From Acidimicrobiales bacterium (GTDB lineage: Bacteria; Actinomycetota; Acidimicrobiia; Acidimicrobiales; RAAP-2), in assembly GCA_049793015.1 (NCBI GenBank), contig JBARBL010000104.1, positions 8,246 through 72,245 of the forward strand: DNA of 64,000 bases, given 5' to 3'. Below, piece by piece: positions 37,736 to 47,520 of this stretch. Numbering within the stretch: the stretch's first letter is position 1; each line of letters opens with the position of its first letter. The position numbers and the translations under genes were made by a program. The notes under the pieces were generated by a model, which was given only the letters and a program-made list of their open reading frames with translations, searched no databases and was not told the origin of the DNA.

Positions 37736-37775
37736 GAATCCACACTAACCATGAAGCCTCGACGCCCCGACGGAT

Positions 37776-38960
37776 CTAGGGGACGACGAGCGCCGAGGCG
37801 TCGAGGTCCTTGACGTCGGTGACGCCGGTGAGACCGAGCGACACCCGCATCTCCTCGCGAAGTATGCGGAACATGTGATCCACGCCGTCTTCGCCCCGCG
37901 CCGCGACAGCGTAGGCCCACGGGCGCCCGACGAGGCAGGCGCGCGCGCCCAGGGCCAAGGCCTTCACGACGTCGAGGCCGCTGCGGATCCCCCCGTCCAT
38001 CAGCACCTCGCAGTCACCGTCAACGGCGTCGACGATCGCGGGCAGGGCTCGGATGGAGGAGGGCACGTCGTCCAGCTGGCGTCCGCCGTGGTTGGAGACC
38101 ACGATGGCGTCGGCCCCGTGATCGACCGCCTCGCGAGCGTCGTCGGCGTCGAGGATTCCCTTGAGGACGATCGTGCCCTCCCAGAGGGAGCGCAGCCACG
38201 CGAGGTCATCCCACGTGACGCTCGGGTCGAACTGTCCGTTCACCCACTCCTGGAAGTCTTCAGGCACCTTGGCGTCGGGCAACGCCCGCTCCAGGTTGCC
38301 GAAGGTCAGGGGTCGCCCGCCCACCGCGACCTCGCGCATCCACGTGACGTGCCGGGCGAGGTCGAGCTTGCGGCGAAGTTGTCCCAGGGACGAGATGCCG
38401 CCGGCGAGACCGTTTCGATTGTCGCGGTAGCGCCGCCCGATGACGGCCAGATCGACCGTGAGCACGAGGGTCGAGCAACCGAGGGCCCGCGCCCGCGCGA
38501 CCAGGTCTTCGGCGTATGCGCGGTCCTTCATCACGTACAGCTGGAACCAGAAGGGCTTCGTGACGGCCGCCGCCACCTCCTCCATCGAGCAGATCGACAA
38601 GGTCGACTCACAAAAGACGACGCCGGCACGCTCGGCGGCGCGGGCTGCCTGCACCTCCGCGCGCTGGGCGAACATGCCGGCGAACCCTACCGGTGCCAGG
38701 ATGACCGGCAGCGCCAGCTCGTGACCCAGCACGGTGGTGGACAGCGTGTGCTGGGACACGTCGCGCAGCACCCGCTGGCGGAGCTGAATGCGTCGCAGGT
38801 CATCACGATTGGCCGCCAGCGTGTACTCGCCGAACGAGCCGCCGTCGATGTAGTCGAAGAGTTGGCGAGGGAGTCGTCGACGCGCCAGTTCGCGGTAGTC
38901 ATCGACCGACGCGGGGGCGAGCCCCAGCGAGTGGTCACGGGTGGGTGGCATGACCTTCAT
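37776..38960 (-). CDS. FMN-dependent alpha-hydroxy-acid dehydrogenase/oxidase (LldD family)
   Basis: ATG at 38960 (MKVMPPTRDH...LFDYIDGG). Active-site motif VSNHGGRQLD. The tracked 507-aa ORF is an upstream extension across the neighbouring gene. Confidence 0.85.
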   Translation of the reverse strand: MKVMPPTRDHSLGLAPASVDDYRELARRRLPRQLFDYIDGGSFGEYTLAANRDDLRRIQLRQRVLRDVSQHTLSTTVLGHELALPVILAPVGFAGMFAQRAEVQAARAAERAGVVFCESTLSICSMEEVAAAVTKPFWFQLYVMKDRAYAEDLVARARALGCSTLVLTVDLAVIGRRYRDNRNGLAGGISSLGQLRRKLDLARHVTWMREVAVGGRPLTFGNLERALPDAKVPEDFQEWVNGQFDPSVTWDDLAWLRSLWEGTIVLKGILDADDAREAVDHGADAIVVSNHGGRQLDDVPSSIRALPAIVDAVDGDCEVLMDGGIRSGLDVVKALALGARACLVGRPWAYAVAARGEDGVDHMFRILREEMRVSLGLTGVTDVKDLDASALVVP

Positions 38961-39006
38961 TATGGTCGCTCCTCCACCAGCACTCTCGCCACGGCGAGCC
39001 GAGCGA

Positions 39007-39576
39007 TCAGGGTCGGCGGCCCGACAGGTCCAGCAGCCTCGAGTACGCGGCGTCGCTCGACACGAGTGAACCCGAGGGGCCCGCACCGAAGACGCCGAGC
39101 TGAGCGATGACCTCTTCGAGCGGCTCGAGCATCGCGAGCACGTACAAGACCAAGGCAACGGGGATCCCCTCGTCCGCGCCCACGGCACGGGCGAGGTCCC
39201 AGCCGTGCAAGGTGAGGTCCATGATCCGAAAGTCGAAGAGCTGGCGCACGGGCACGTCGCCCATCGGATGGTGCACGATCCGCTCCAGGTCGTGGTCAAC
39301 GCCGAAGGCGCTCAGCTCCTGGACGAGGGCCAGCCGGCACGCCCCGACGAAATCCACGGGCGCCTTCTCCTCGAAGAGCAACGAGGCGTCGGCCTTCGAG
39401 GCTCCGTCGAGCAGCCGCACGGACAGCGCCGAGCCTCGCGCGACGTGCCAGATCAGGTCGGTCACGGACCAGTCCTCGCACGGGGTCCCCCCCGCGAGGT
39501 CGGCGTCGGCCACGTCATCGAGTCGACGCGAGAAGTGCTCCGAGGCGAGGCCCAACGTCTGGCGAACGTCCATCAA
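39007..39576 (-). CDS. mycothiol-dependent maleylpyruvate-isomerase-like (MDMPI_N/DinB-fold) protein
   Basis: The N-terminal pattern GTPCEDWSVTDLIWHV is typical of the TIGR03083/03086 actinobacterial families. Confidence 0.75.
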   Translation of the reverse strand: MMDVRQTLGLASEHFSRRLDDVADADLAGGTPCEDWSVTDLIWHVARGSALSVRLLDGASKADASLLFEEKAPVDFVGACRLALVQELSAFGVDHDLERIVHHPMGDVPVRQLFDFRIMDLTLHGWDLARAVGADEGIPVALVLYVLAMLEPLEEVIAQLGVFGAGPSGSLVSSDAAYSRLLDLSGRRP

Positions 39577-39608
39577 TGAACGCTATCCAAGGGGCGGATC
39601 GAACATGA

Positions 39609-40739
39609 TTACATCATCGCCTGAGCGAGGTCCTCGATGATGTCGTCGATGTCCTCGATCCCCACGCTCAGGCGAATCAGGCTGTCCGGGGGTTCCAGGG
39701 TCGAACCGGCGGTCGACGCGTGGGTCATGATGGCGGGAAGTTCGATGAGGCTCTCCACGCCCCCGAGCGACTCCGCCAACGTGAAGGTCACCGTAGATTC
39801 GCAGGTCTTGCGAGCGGCGGCGGCACCCGCCTTGAGGGTGAAGCTCACCATGCCGCCGAAGTCGCTCATCTGCTCGATGGCGATCTCGTGGCCGGGGTGT
39901 CCCTCGAGGCCGGGGTAGAAGACCTTCTCCACCGCCGGGTGGCTGGCGAGGAACTGCGCCACGGCGCGGGCGTTGGCGCAATGACGATCCATGCGAACAC
40001 CCAGGGTCTTGAGGCCACGCAGTAGCAGGTAGCAGTCGAGCGGACCCGGCACGGCGCCGATGGCGTACTGATGGAACTTGAGCGTGGCGGCGAGTTCATC
40101 GTCGTTGGTCGCCACAAACCCGCCGAGAACGTCGGAGTGACCGCCCACATACTTGGTCGTCGAGTGCACCACCACGTCGGCGCCCAGAGCGAGCGGTCGC
40201 TGCAAGTACGGCGTCGCGAACGTGTTGTCGACCACCAGCCTGGCGCCGTGGGCGTGGGCCAGGTCACCCAGCGCGGCGATGGACACCACGCTCAGCATGG
40301 GATTGCTCGGCGTCTCCAGCCACAGCATCTTGGTCGAAGGCGTGAGCGCGGCGCGCACGGCGTCGAGGTCGCTCAGGTTCACGCACGTCACGCCGACACC
40401 CCAGTTCGCGAAGATCCTCGTGAGCAGCCGATAGGTCCCGCCGTACGCGTCGTCGCCCAGCACCACGTGGTCGCCGGGCGAGAGCGAGCGCAACAGCGCG
40501 TCCTCGCCCGCGAGGCCCGACGCGAACGCCACGCCGTACGTAGCCTCCTCGAGTCCGGCCAGGCACGTCTCGAGCGCGGCCCGGGTGGGGTTGTCCACCC
40601 GCGCGTAGTCGCTGAACCTCGGCACGCCGACACCGTCCTGGGCGTAGGTCGAGGTCAGGTACACGGGAGGATTGACGGCCCCCGTGAGCGAATCGGGCTC
40701 GGAGCCCACGTGGATCGCCCGGGTGTTGAAGCCACTCAT
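39609..40739 (-). CDS. cystathionine gamma-lyase/gamma-synthase (Cys/Met PLP family)
   Basis: PLP-lysine motif STTKYVGGHSD. Shares an ATGA overlap with the upstream cbs stop. Confidence 0.85.
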   Translation of the reverse strand: MSGFNTRAIHVGSEPDSLTGAVNPPVYLTSTYAQDGVGVPRFSDYARVDNPTRAALETCLAGLEEATYGVAFASGLAGEDALLRSLSPGDHVVLGDDAYGGTYRLLTRIFANWGVGVTCVNLSDLDAVRAALTPSTKMLWLETPSNPMLSVVSIAALGDLAHAHGARLVVDNTFATPYLQRPLALGADVVVHSTTKYVGGHSDVLGGFVATNDDELAATLKFHQYAIGAVPGPLDCYLLLRGLKTLGVRMDRHCANARAVAQFLASHPAVEKVFYPGLEGHPGHEIAIEQMSDFGGMVSFTLKAGAAAARKTCESTVTFTLAESLGGVESLIELPAIMTHASTAGSTLEPPDSLIRLSVGIEDIDDIIEDLAQAMM

Positions 40740-42139
40740 TTCACGCTCCTCTCTTCCAGGAAACTCAGCAGGTCGCTGCGCGTCAACACCCCGACGGGAT
40801 GACCTCCATCGAGAATCAAAAGGCCGGCCGACGTACTGAGACGTTTGGTGAGCTCGCTGACGCTCATGCCGACGCCCACCATCGGCATCGGCTCGTCGGC
40901 GACATCCTTCACCCGCAGGTCCAGCACGGAGGCGTCCCGGGTGGTCACCTCCAAGAGGCCGAGTTCGCTCAAGGAGCCCGACACCTCCTTAGCCGCCAGG
41001 GGCAGCTCGTCGGTGACCGTCACGAGCAGCTGGGAGACGTCGTTAGAGCGCATGAGCGCGATGGCGTCGCGCACCAGGGTCTCCTCGGTCACGAGGACGA
41101 GGTCGGCCAGTCCATCGGGCTGACGCTTGAGCTTGGCGGCAAGCACGTCGCCCGCGTCCATCTCCTTGTGGGGACGCAGGAAGCCAAAGTCGCTCATCCA
41201 CGCGTCGTTGAAGATCTTGGAGAGGTAGCCACGGCCCGAATCGGGGATCAGCACCACGACCACCGCTCCCTCGGGAAGGGGCTCGGCCGCCTTCAGCGCG
41301 GCTGCCACAGCTGTGCCGCCTGAGCCGCCGATCAAGATCCCCTCACTCTGCGTGACGAGACGGGCCATGGCGAAGGCGTCCGCGTCGCTGACCGCGATGA
41401 CCTCGTCGACCAGCGACGCGTCGTAGTTCGCGGGCCAGAAATCCTCGCCCACCCCTTCGGTCAAGTAGGGACGGCCGGCACCGCCCGAGAAGACCGAGCC
41501 CGCCGGGTCGGCCGCGATGATGCGGATGTCGGGGTTGCGCTCCTTCAAGTAACGCCCGACGCCCGAGATCGTGCCGCCGGTGCCCGCGCCGGCGACGAAG
41601 TGGGTCACGCGCCCCTTCGTCTGCTCGTAGATCTCGGGCCCCGTGGTCTCGTAGTGGGCGCGGGGATTGTTGGGGTTCGAGTACTGATCGGGTCGAAAGG
41701 AGTTAGGCGTCTCCTTGGTGAGCCGTTCCGCCGTCGAGTAGTACGAGTCGGGATCCTCGGGCGCCACGGCGGTGGGGCACACCACGACCTCGGCGCCGTA
41801 GGCGCGCAGCACGTCGATCTTCTCGGGCGCCATCTTGTCGCTCATGACGAAGATGCATTTATAGCCACGTTGAGCCGCCACGATTGCCAGGCCCACGCCG
41901 GTGTTGCCGCTGGTCGGCTCGATGATGGTGGAACCCGGACCAAGGAGCCCGTCTCGTTCGGCCGCCATGACCATGGTGAGCGCGGGCCGGTCCTTGGAAC
42001 TGCCGCCGGGATTGGTGGTTTCGAGCTTGGCGATGAGGTCGCACTTGAGTCCCGCGCCGATCTTGGCCAGACGGACCATCGGCGTGTGACCGATCAGTTC
42101 CAAGGGGCTCTGCGCAACATCCATATCGGTGTGCTTCAT
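40736..42139 (-). CDS. cbs: cystathionine beta-synthase (PALP domain plus CBS pair)
   Basis: PLP motif NPGGSSKDRPAL, a GTGGT loop, and a C-terminal tandem CBS region. Confidence 0.9.
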   Translation of the reverse strand: MKHTDMDVAQSPLELIGHTPMVRLAKIGAGLKCDLIAKLETTNPGGSSKDRPALTMVMAAERDGLLGPGSTIIEPTSGNTGVGLAIVAAQRGYKCIFVMSDKMAPEKIDVLRAYGAEVVVCPTAVAPEDPDSYYSTAERLTKETPNSFRPDQYSNPNNPRAHYETTGPEIYEQTKGRVTHFVAGAGTGGTISGVGRYLKERNPDIRIIAADPAGSVFSGGAGRPYLTEGVGEDFWPANYDASLVDEVIAVSDADAFAMARLVTQSEGILIGGSGGTAVAAALKAAEPLPEGAVVVVLIPDSGRGYLSKIFNDAWMSDFGFLRPHKEMDAGDVLAAKLKRQPDGLADLVLVTEETLVRDAIALMRSNDVSQLLVTVTDELPLAAKEVSGSLSELGLLEVTTRDASVLDLRVKDVADEPMPMVGVGMSVSELTKRLSTSAGLLILDGGHPVGVLTRSDLLSFLEERSVK

Positions 42140-42258
42140 AACTGTTCGTTTCTACTCGCCCTGCCTGATTGACGGCTCGTCCACCCGACGACTGTCCATT
42201 CTACGGGGCCACGGCCGCGCTCCTCGGGGCCCGACGCGTCCGGGCCTTCGAACGAACC

Positions 42259-42927
42259 TCAGCGCGTCACGACGAGCATGGCGAATCCGTCGTACCCTTT
42301 GGCGCCCACGGTTTGCACCGCGGTGGCCTCGACCCGGTCTTCGCCGGCCACGAGCTCGAGGAACTCGCGGATCCCCTGCACCCGACTATCGGGGCTCTTG
42401 GGATTGACGACCTCGCCCTCTCGCACCACGTTGTCCGCGACGATGACGGTGCCCGCCCGCGACAGCTTCAGCGCCAGCGTGAAGTACTCGCTGTAGCCCT
42501 CCTTGTCGGCGTCGAGGAAGATGAAGTCGAAGGGTTCGCATCCCTCGCTGATCAGGTCTCGAAGCGACCGCGCGGCCGGGCCGATTCGGATCTCTACGAG
42601 CGGGCTGAATCCCGCCCGATCGATGTTGATCTGGGCCACCTGCGCGTGATGGGCTTCGAGTTCCAACGTGATCAGCGTGCCGTCGACGGGCAGCGCTCGC
42701 GCCAACCAGATGGTGCTGTAGCCGCCGAGCGTCCCGACCTCGAGAATGCGTCGAGACCGGTTGACCTTGGCCAGTAGCTCCAAGAGCTTGCCTTGGTTGG
42801 GAGCGACGTTGATATGGGGAAGGCCCGCCGCGGCGCTGTCGGCCAGGGCCTCGTCCAGCGATGGGTCGGGGTCGGAAAGGAGGGACACCAGGTAATCGTC
42901 GACATCGTTCCAGAGTTCTTCGTCCAT
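42259..42927 (-). CDS. class I SAM-dependent O-methyltransferase (caffeoyl-CoA OMT-like)
   Basis: ILEVGTLGGYSTIWLA SAM motif and FDFIFLDADK. Confidence 0.8.
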   Translation of the reverse strand: MDEELWNDVDDYLVSLLSDPDPSLDEALADSAAAGLPHINVAPNQGKLLELLAKVNRSRRILEVGTLGGYSTIWLARALPVDGTLITLELEAHHAQVAQINIDRAGFSPLVEIRIGPAARSLRDLISEGCEPFDFIFLDADKEGYSEYFTLALKLSRAGTVIVADNVVREGEVVNPKSPDSRVQGIREFLELVAGEDRVEATAVQTVGAKGYDGFAMLVVTR

Positions 42928-43034
42928 TGCGCAAGTCTTTCAGATGAGCGCCCGGCCATGCTGGGCAGGGTCGTCACTCGCCGAAGCGGTCATCCTGCGA
43001 TCGCGACTGGCGTGTCACGACATATATTCTTTCC

Positions 43035-43556
43035 ATGCCCATAACGCCCGACGACAAGGATTGGACCTGGGTTCTGGACCGACCCTGCGAGCAATGCGGC
43101 TTCGACAGCGGCGATTATTCCAAAGAGGACGTCGGCGCGCAGATTCGCGCCGGCGCCCATGAATGGCGAACCCAACTCGAACGCGAAGACGTGAACGCCC
43201 GTCCGCGCGGGGACAAATGGTCCGTGCTCGAGTACGGATGCCACGTGCGCGACGTGTTTCGTGTCTTCGACGAAAGGGTGTCGCTGATGCAGACACGGGA
43301 TAATCCGACGTTCGCCAATTGGGACCAGGACGAGACCGCCATCAACAGCCGCTACGACCGGCAAGATCCCGCGGTCGTGGGTCCGGAGCTCGTGGTCGCC
43401 GCTGACGTCCTGGCCCAGCGACTCGACTCGTTGACGCCGGAGGAATGGCCCCGTCGCGGCGTTCGCTCGAACGGAAGTGTCTTCACCATCGAGAGCATTT
43501 CAATCTACATGCTGCACGATACGATCCACCATCTCTGGGACGTCACCGAGGTTTGA
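43035..43556 (+). CDS. DinB family protein
   Basis: 173 aa with a DinB-like His pattern (EYGCHVRDV ... HDTIHHLWD). Confidence 0.7.
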   Translation: MPITPDDKDWTWVLDRPCEQCGFDSGDYSKEDVGAQIRAGAHEWRTQLEREDVNARPRGDKWSVLEYGCHVRDVFRVFDERVSLMQTRDNPTFANWDQDETAINSRYDRQDPAVVGPELVVAADVLAQRLDSLTPEEWPRRGVRSNGSVFTIESISIYMLHDTIHHLWDVTEV

Positions 43557-43638
43557 ACCAAGCCTCCGTCTCATCGCGGTGATGCTCGACCTTTGTGTCG
43601 GAAAGCCCGCCCCGCATCAGGTGGCATAACCTCACGTA

Positions 43639-44460
43639 TCAGGACGCGACTCGTGGGGCGATCACCTCGTAGTTGACGACCACAAAGACACCGTCCTCTT
43701 CGACGCTCCAGTCGAGAAACGCCTGAGCCAGGACGGCGAGTTCTTCCTTCGTCGCCAGACCGTACTCCAGGCTCTGGTGGGCGAACTCACTCTCCACGAT
43801 GCGGTCCGCCCATAGGCGCCCCCACCAGGCCCTCTCTTCGGTGCTGCGGAACGTCCACGTCGACGACGACACCTGCGAGGTCTCGAAACCCGCCCTCCGC
43901 ACCCACTCCGCCAGGTGACGGCCGGCATTCGCGTCGGCCCTATTGCGAGCGGTGAGCCGCTGATAGAGCTGCAGCCAGCGGTCCAGTCTCTCGTCATCGG
44001 GAGCCCAGGAGAACGCTCCGTAGTCGCCGTCCCTCACCGCGAGGATCCCCCCGACCTTGAGCACCCGGCACATCTCGCCGATCGCGGCCACCGGGTCGCT
44101 CAGATGCTGCAGCACCTGATGGGCGTAGACGACGTCGAAGCTTGAATCGTCAAAGGCCAGGTGATAGACATCGCCTTGGTCGAAGAGAACGTTCGTCGCG
44201 CCTCTCTCGCGCTGTCGTTGACGAGCCGCAGCGATGACCTGCGGGGAGAGGTCGATGCCGATCGTGCGGCCAGGAGCCACTCGAGACGCCAGATCGATGG
44301 TGATGGTGCCAGGCCCGCAACCGACGTCCAGGAGATCCTGTCCGACGAGCAGATGGGGCAGCAGGAAGCCCGCCGAATTCTCGGCGGTGCGCCACTCGTG
44401 ACTGCGCAGTACGGACTCGTGATGTCCGTGGGTGTATCGGTCAACGTGCTCGGACATCAC
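43639..44460 (-). CDS. class I SAM-dependent methyltransferase
   Basis: Motif I LLDVGCGPGTITIDLA and post-I FDVVYAHQVLQHL. Confidence 0.8.
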   Translation of the reverse strand: MMSEHVDRYTHGHHESVLRSHEWRTAENSAGFLLPHLLVGQDLLDVGCGPGTITIDLASRVAPGRTIGIDLSPQVIAAARQRQRERGATNVLFDQGDVYHLAFDDSSFDVVYAHQVLQHLSDPVAAIGEMCRVLKVGGILAVRDGDYGAFSWAPDDERLDRWLQLYQRLTARNRADANAGRHLAEWVRRAGFETSQVSSSTWTFRSTEERAWWGRLWADRIVESEFAHQSLEYGLATKEELAVLAQAFLDWSVEEDGVFVVVNYEVIAPRVAS

Positions 44461-44518
44461 TGCAGAGTACTAAGCGCGACGTGACGGTTCGTCGACTCCT
44501 GACGACGGTCGCGCGTGG

Positions 44519-44896
44519 CTACTCGGGGATTTGCGTAGTGAGGCAGAAGGGGTGTCCGGCTGGATCGAGCAACACCACCCAGCGTTCGGGTGCGGGCTGA
44601 AAGTCAGACCTCGTCGCCCCCAAGCGCAGGGCGGCGGCCTCGGCCTTGTCCAGATCGTCCACCGCGAGGTCCATGTGCATCTGCTTGGGTTGTTCGGCTT
44701 GCGGCCACGTCGGCGGCAGGTAGTCATCGACCTTCGTTGCGGCGATCCACATCCGGTCCGTCTTGACGGCGACGAAGGTGTCGCTGCTGAAGGCGATTTC
44801 CCCTTCGAGCAGGGACGCCCAGAACGCGCCCAGGGCGGCCGGGTTGTCGCAGTCGAGCGCGAGCGACCCAAATCGGATGTTGCTCATTTCCCCCAA
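44519..44896 (-). CDS. VOC (glyoxalase/bleomycin-resistance) family protein
   Basis: 125 aa VOC-like betaalphabetabetabeta pattern. The tracked start is TTG at 44896; an alternative ATG lies at 44887. Confidence 0.7.
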   Translation of the reverse strand: MGEMSNIRFGSLALDCDNPAALGAFWASLLEGEIAFSSDTFVAVKTDRMWIAATKVDDYLPPTWPQAEQPKQMHMDLAVDDLDKAEAAALRLGATRSDFQPAPERWVVLLDPAGHPFCLTTQIPE

Positions 44897-44989
44897 GTTA
44901 GTTCGTAACGACGATCGCTGCTTTTGCGTTCAGAACACGCCATCGGATCAACCCCGCCAATGAGCGATTTTGGCCATCACCACAAGCAA

Positions 44990-45301
44990 CTACGAAAGTG
45001 GACTCTCGAAATCACGATTGTGTAACTCTTCGTTCACACTGATGTCATACCAAGAGTAGAACTCGTCTCGCCCCCGTTGCTGAGCCGCGAGATGCTCAGG
45101 ATAGCGCGCCCAGCGCTGGTGACTTTCTACGTCCCTGAAGCGAACGATCGTCACCCGTTCTCCGTCGGACGACGTGTAGAACTTCTCATCGATGAAACCA
45201 TCGATCGTGCGTACCAGTCGACTCATCTCTTGGGCGACCACGTCGTATTCATCCCGCACTCCGGGCCTCAACCGGGAGCGGAACACGGTCACCATGGTCA
45301 C
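44990..45301 (-). CDS. antibiotic biosynthesis monooxygenase (ABM) domain protein
   Basis: 103 aa ferredoxin-like ABM pattern (VTVFRSRLRPG...VRFRDVESHQRW). Confidence 0.75.
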   Translation of the reverse strand: MTMVTVFRSRLRPGVRDEYDVVAQEMSRLVRTIDGFIDEKFYTSSDGERVTIVRFRDVESHQRWARYPEHLAAQQRGRDEFYSWYDISVNEELHNRDFESPLS

Positions 45302-45474
45302 CGAACAATCCTGCCACAGCCCGTCAGCCCGAGACCGGCCCCGGCACCGTCTCCGGCGAACGCGGTCGCGGTGAAGCTGTATGAACCTGGCGCATTACAA
45401 CATCGCCCGCTCGGCTCGAGTGCGTGACGATCACCTGCACCTCGCCGGCTGATCAGCCGAGTGAACGACGATCG

Positions 45475-45855
45475 TTATCCCGCGTCGGACACGAAGAACA
45501 GATTCCCGTCGACGTCACTGAAGCGCATTCCGTGGCCGCCCCAGGGCATCGGCTCCGGCTCTTGGGTGAACACCACGCCAAGTGCGCTCAATCGCTCGAA
45601 GTCTGCAGGCACGTCATCGCTCAACAGATAGATGTCGGTGTCGGCCGGCGCGTCCGGTGTCGGCGCCGGTCGTCCGTGAATGTGCGGCGGACCGAGCACG
45701 ATGGCGGTCGAATGGCCGGGCGGGGCGACGGCGATGAAGCGGTAGTCGGGGCTCATCTGATGGTCCTGGCGCACTTCCCAACCCAGCGTGTTGACGTAGA
45801 AGTCGAGCGCAGCATCCTGATCATTGACGATGACAACGGCGGAATATACGTGCAT
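45475..45855 (-). CDS. VOC (glyoxalase) family protein
   Basis: ATG at 45855 is preceded by GAGGAGAG. MHVYSAVVIVNDQDAALDFYVNTLGW is a typical VOC N-terminus. Confidence 0.75.
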   Translation of the reverse strand: MHVYSAVVIVNDQDAALDFYVNTLGWEVRQDHQMSPDYRFIAVAPPGHSTAIVLGPPHIHGRPAPTPDAPADTDIYLLSDDVPADFERLSALGVVFTQEPEPMPWGGHGMRFSDVDGNLFFVSDAG

Positions 45856-46051
45856 GTGCTCTCCTCTACTCATTGAAAGCCCTCGGCCCGGAGGCAATGG
45901 ACATCTGACAGGTGCATTCAATCACACTCCGGCGGCGCACGCCCTGGGTTCATTCACGCGATGGAGCTTCGATCATCTGGCCCGGCGCCGAGCCGACGAC
46001 GTGATCGAATTTTCACTTTCCCTGCGCCGTGCGACGGAATATTCTAAGAAA

Positions 46052-46567
<516 letters not shown>

Positions 46568-46579
46568 GACATCGTCAGG

Positions 46580-46616
46580 GGGCCACTGCGGCGGCGCTGA
46601 CAAGCCCTAGTGGCCC
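46580..46616. terminator. inverted repeat between convergent genes (possible bidirectional terminator)
   Basis: GGGCCACT-21 nt-AGTGGCCC. There is no U-tract, so this is weak. Confidence 0.3.
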
Positions 46617-46623
46617 GCGCGCT

Positions 46624-47412
46624 TTAGATGGGTCGATGGTGGCCCACGAACCACGCGAGCACACCGGGGCAAAGCTTGTCGAATGACGTCGAGAGCGTGC
46701 ACGAAACGAGATAGCTGTAGGTCTGCGGATTGTAGAACGCCACACCCGTGGCCCGGTACGGGCCGCCGGATGGAAAGGCGTGTCCGATTACACGTGGCGG
46801 GTCTTGGAAGTATCGAAGTAGCGTGGTCGACCTGGTTATCGTCTCTCTGCGCGGTCGTACACAGATCGTCGATGTGCCCGCGCCCGGGAACGACTTCTCG
46901 AAGAGACGCCGGGCCGAAGTGAAGAAAGGACACGCCATGGCCAATCGGCATCCTTCGCATACTGGCTCCTGCTGAACGGTGACTTCGGTGGCCGACGAAG
47001 GACCGCTGAAAGACCCGAAGAAAACTGGCGCGGGGGACCCGGGCGTGTAGATCGAGAGTTGCGCCCCGCCATCCGCGCCGATGCTCGCGATGCACGACCA
47101 TCCCTTTGGCCCGATGGCCCGCATGACGTCGTATTGATCGACGTAAAGGGCGACCTTCGAGGTCAAGCCCCTGTCCACGCGCTCTTCGAGATGCTTCGCC
47201 AGGTGAACGTGTGCGCCGCGACTGGCCCCCACCTCAGTGGGACAACGAACCACGGGCAGCGACACCACGACCGTGGCGCTCTTTGACGTGTTGGAGGCGC
47301 GATGACTGGTGAGCGACTTCACCGCGACGAGAACCGACACCACCACCACGGCGGCGACCAGCATCGTGACGTACCGGCGCCACCGGGAACGAGGCGACCG
47401 TGGCTCGCTCAC
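46624..47412 (-). CDS. membrane-anchored Cys-rich hypothetical protein
   Basis: N-terminal Arg-rich segment plus one TM (VTMLVAAVVVVSVLVAV), then about 230 aa containing 9 Cys, including CEGCRLAMAC. Confidence 0.6.
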   Translation of the reverse strand: MSEPRSPRSRWRRYVTMLVAAVVVVSVLVAVKSLTSHRASNTSKSATVVVSLPVVRCPTEVGASRGAHVHLAKHLEERVDRGLTSKVALYVDQYDVMRAIGPKGWSCIASIGADGGAQLSIYTPGSPAPVFFGSFSGPSSATEVTVQQEPVCEGCRLAMACPFFTSARRLFEKSFPGAGTSTICVRPRRETITRSTTLLRYFQDPPRVIGHAFPSGGPYRATGVAFYNPQTYSYLVSCTLSTSFDKLCPGVLAWFVGHHRPI

Positions 47413-47520
47413 GGAGTCGCTCCGCCAATGGCCCGCCGGCGTGGCGCGGCGAGTGGGCGACGGGCGGTGGACAACCTCCCCCGTGCCGCCCTCAACGTAG
47501 TTGCCGACTTCAGCATCGTC

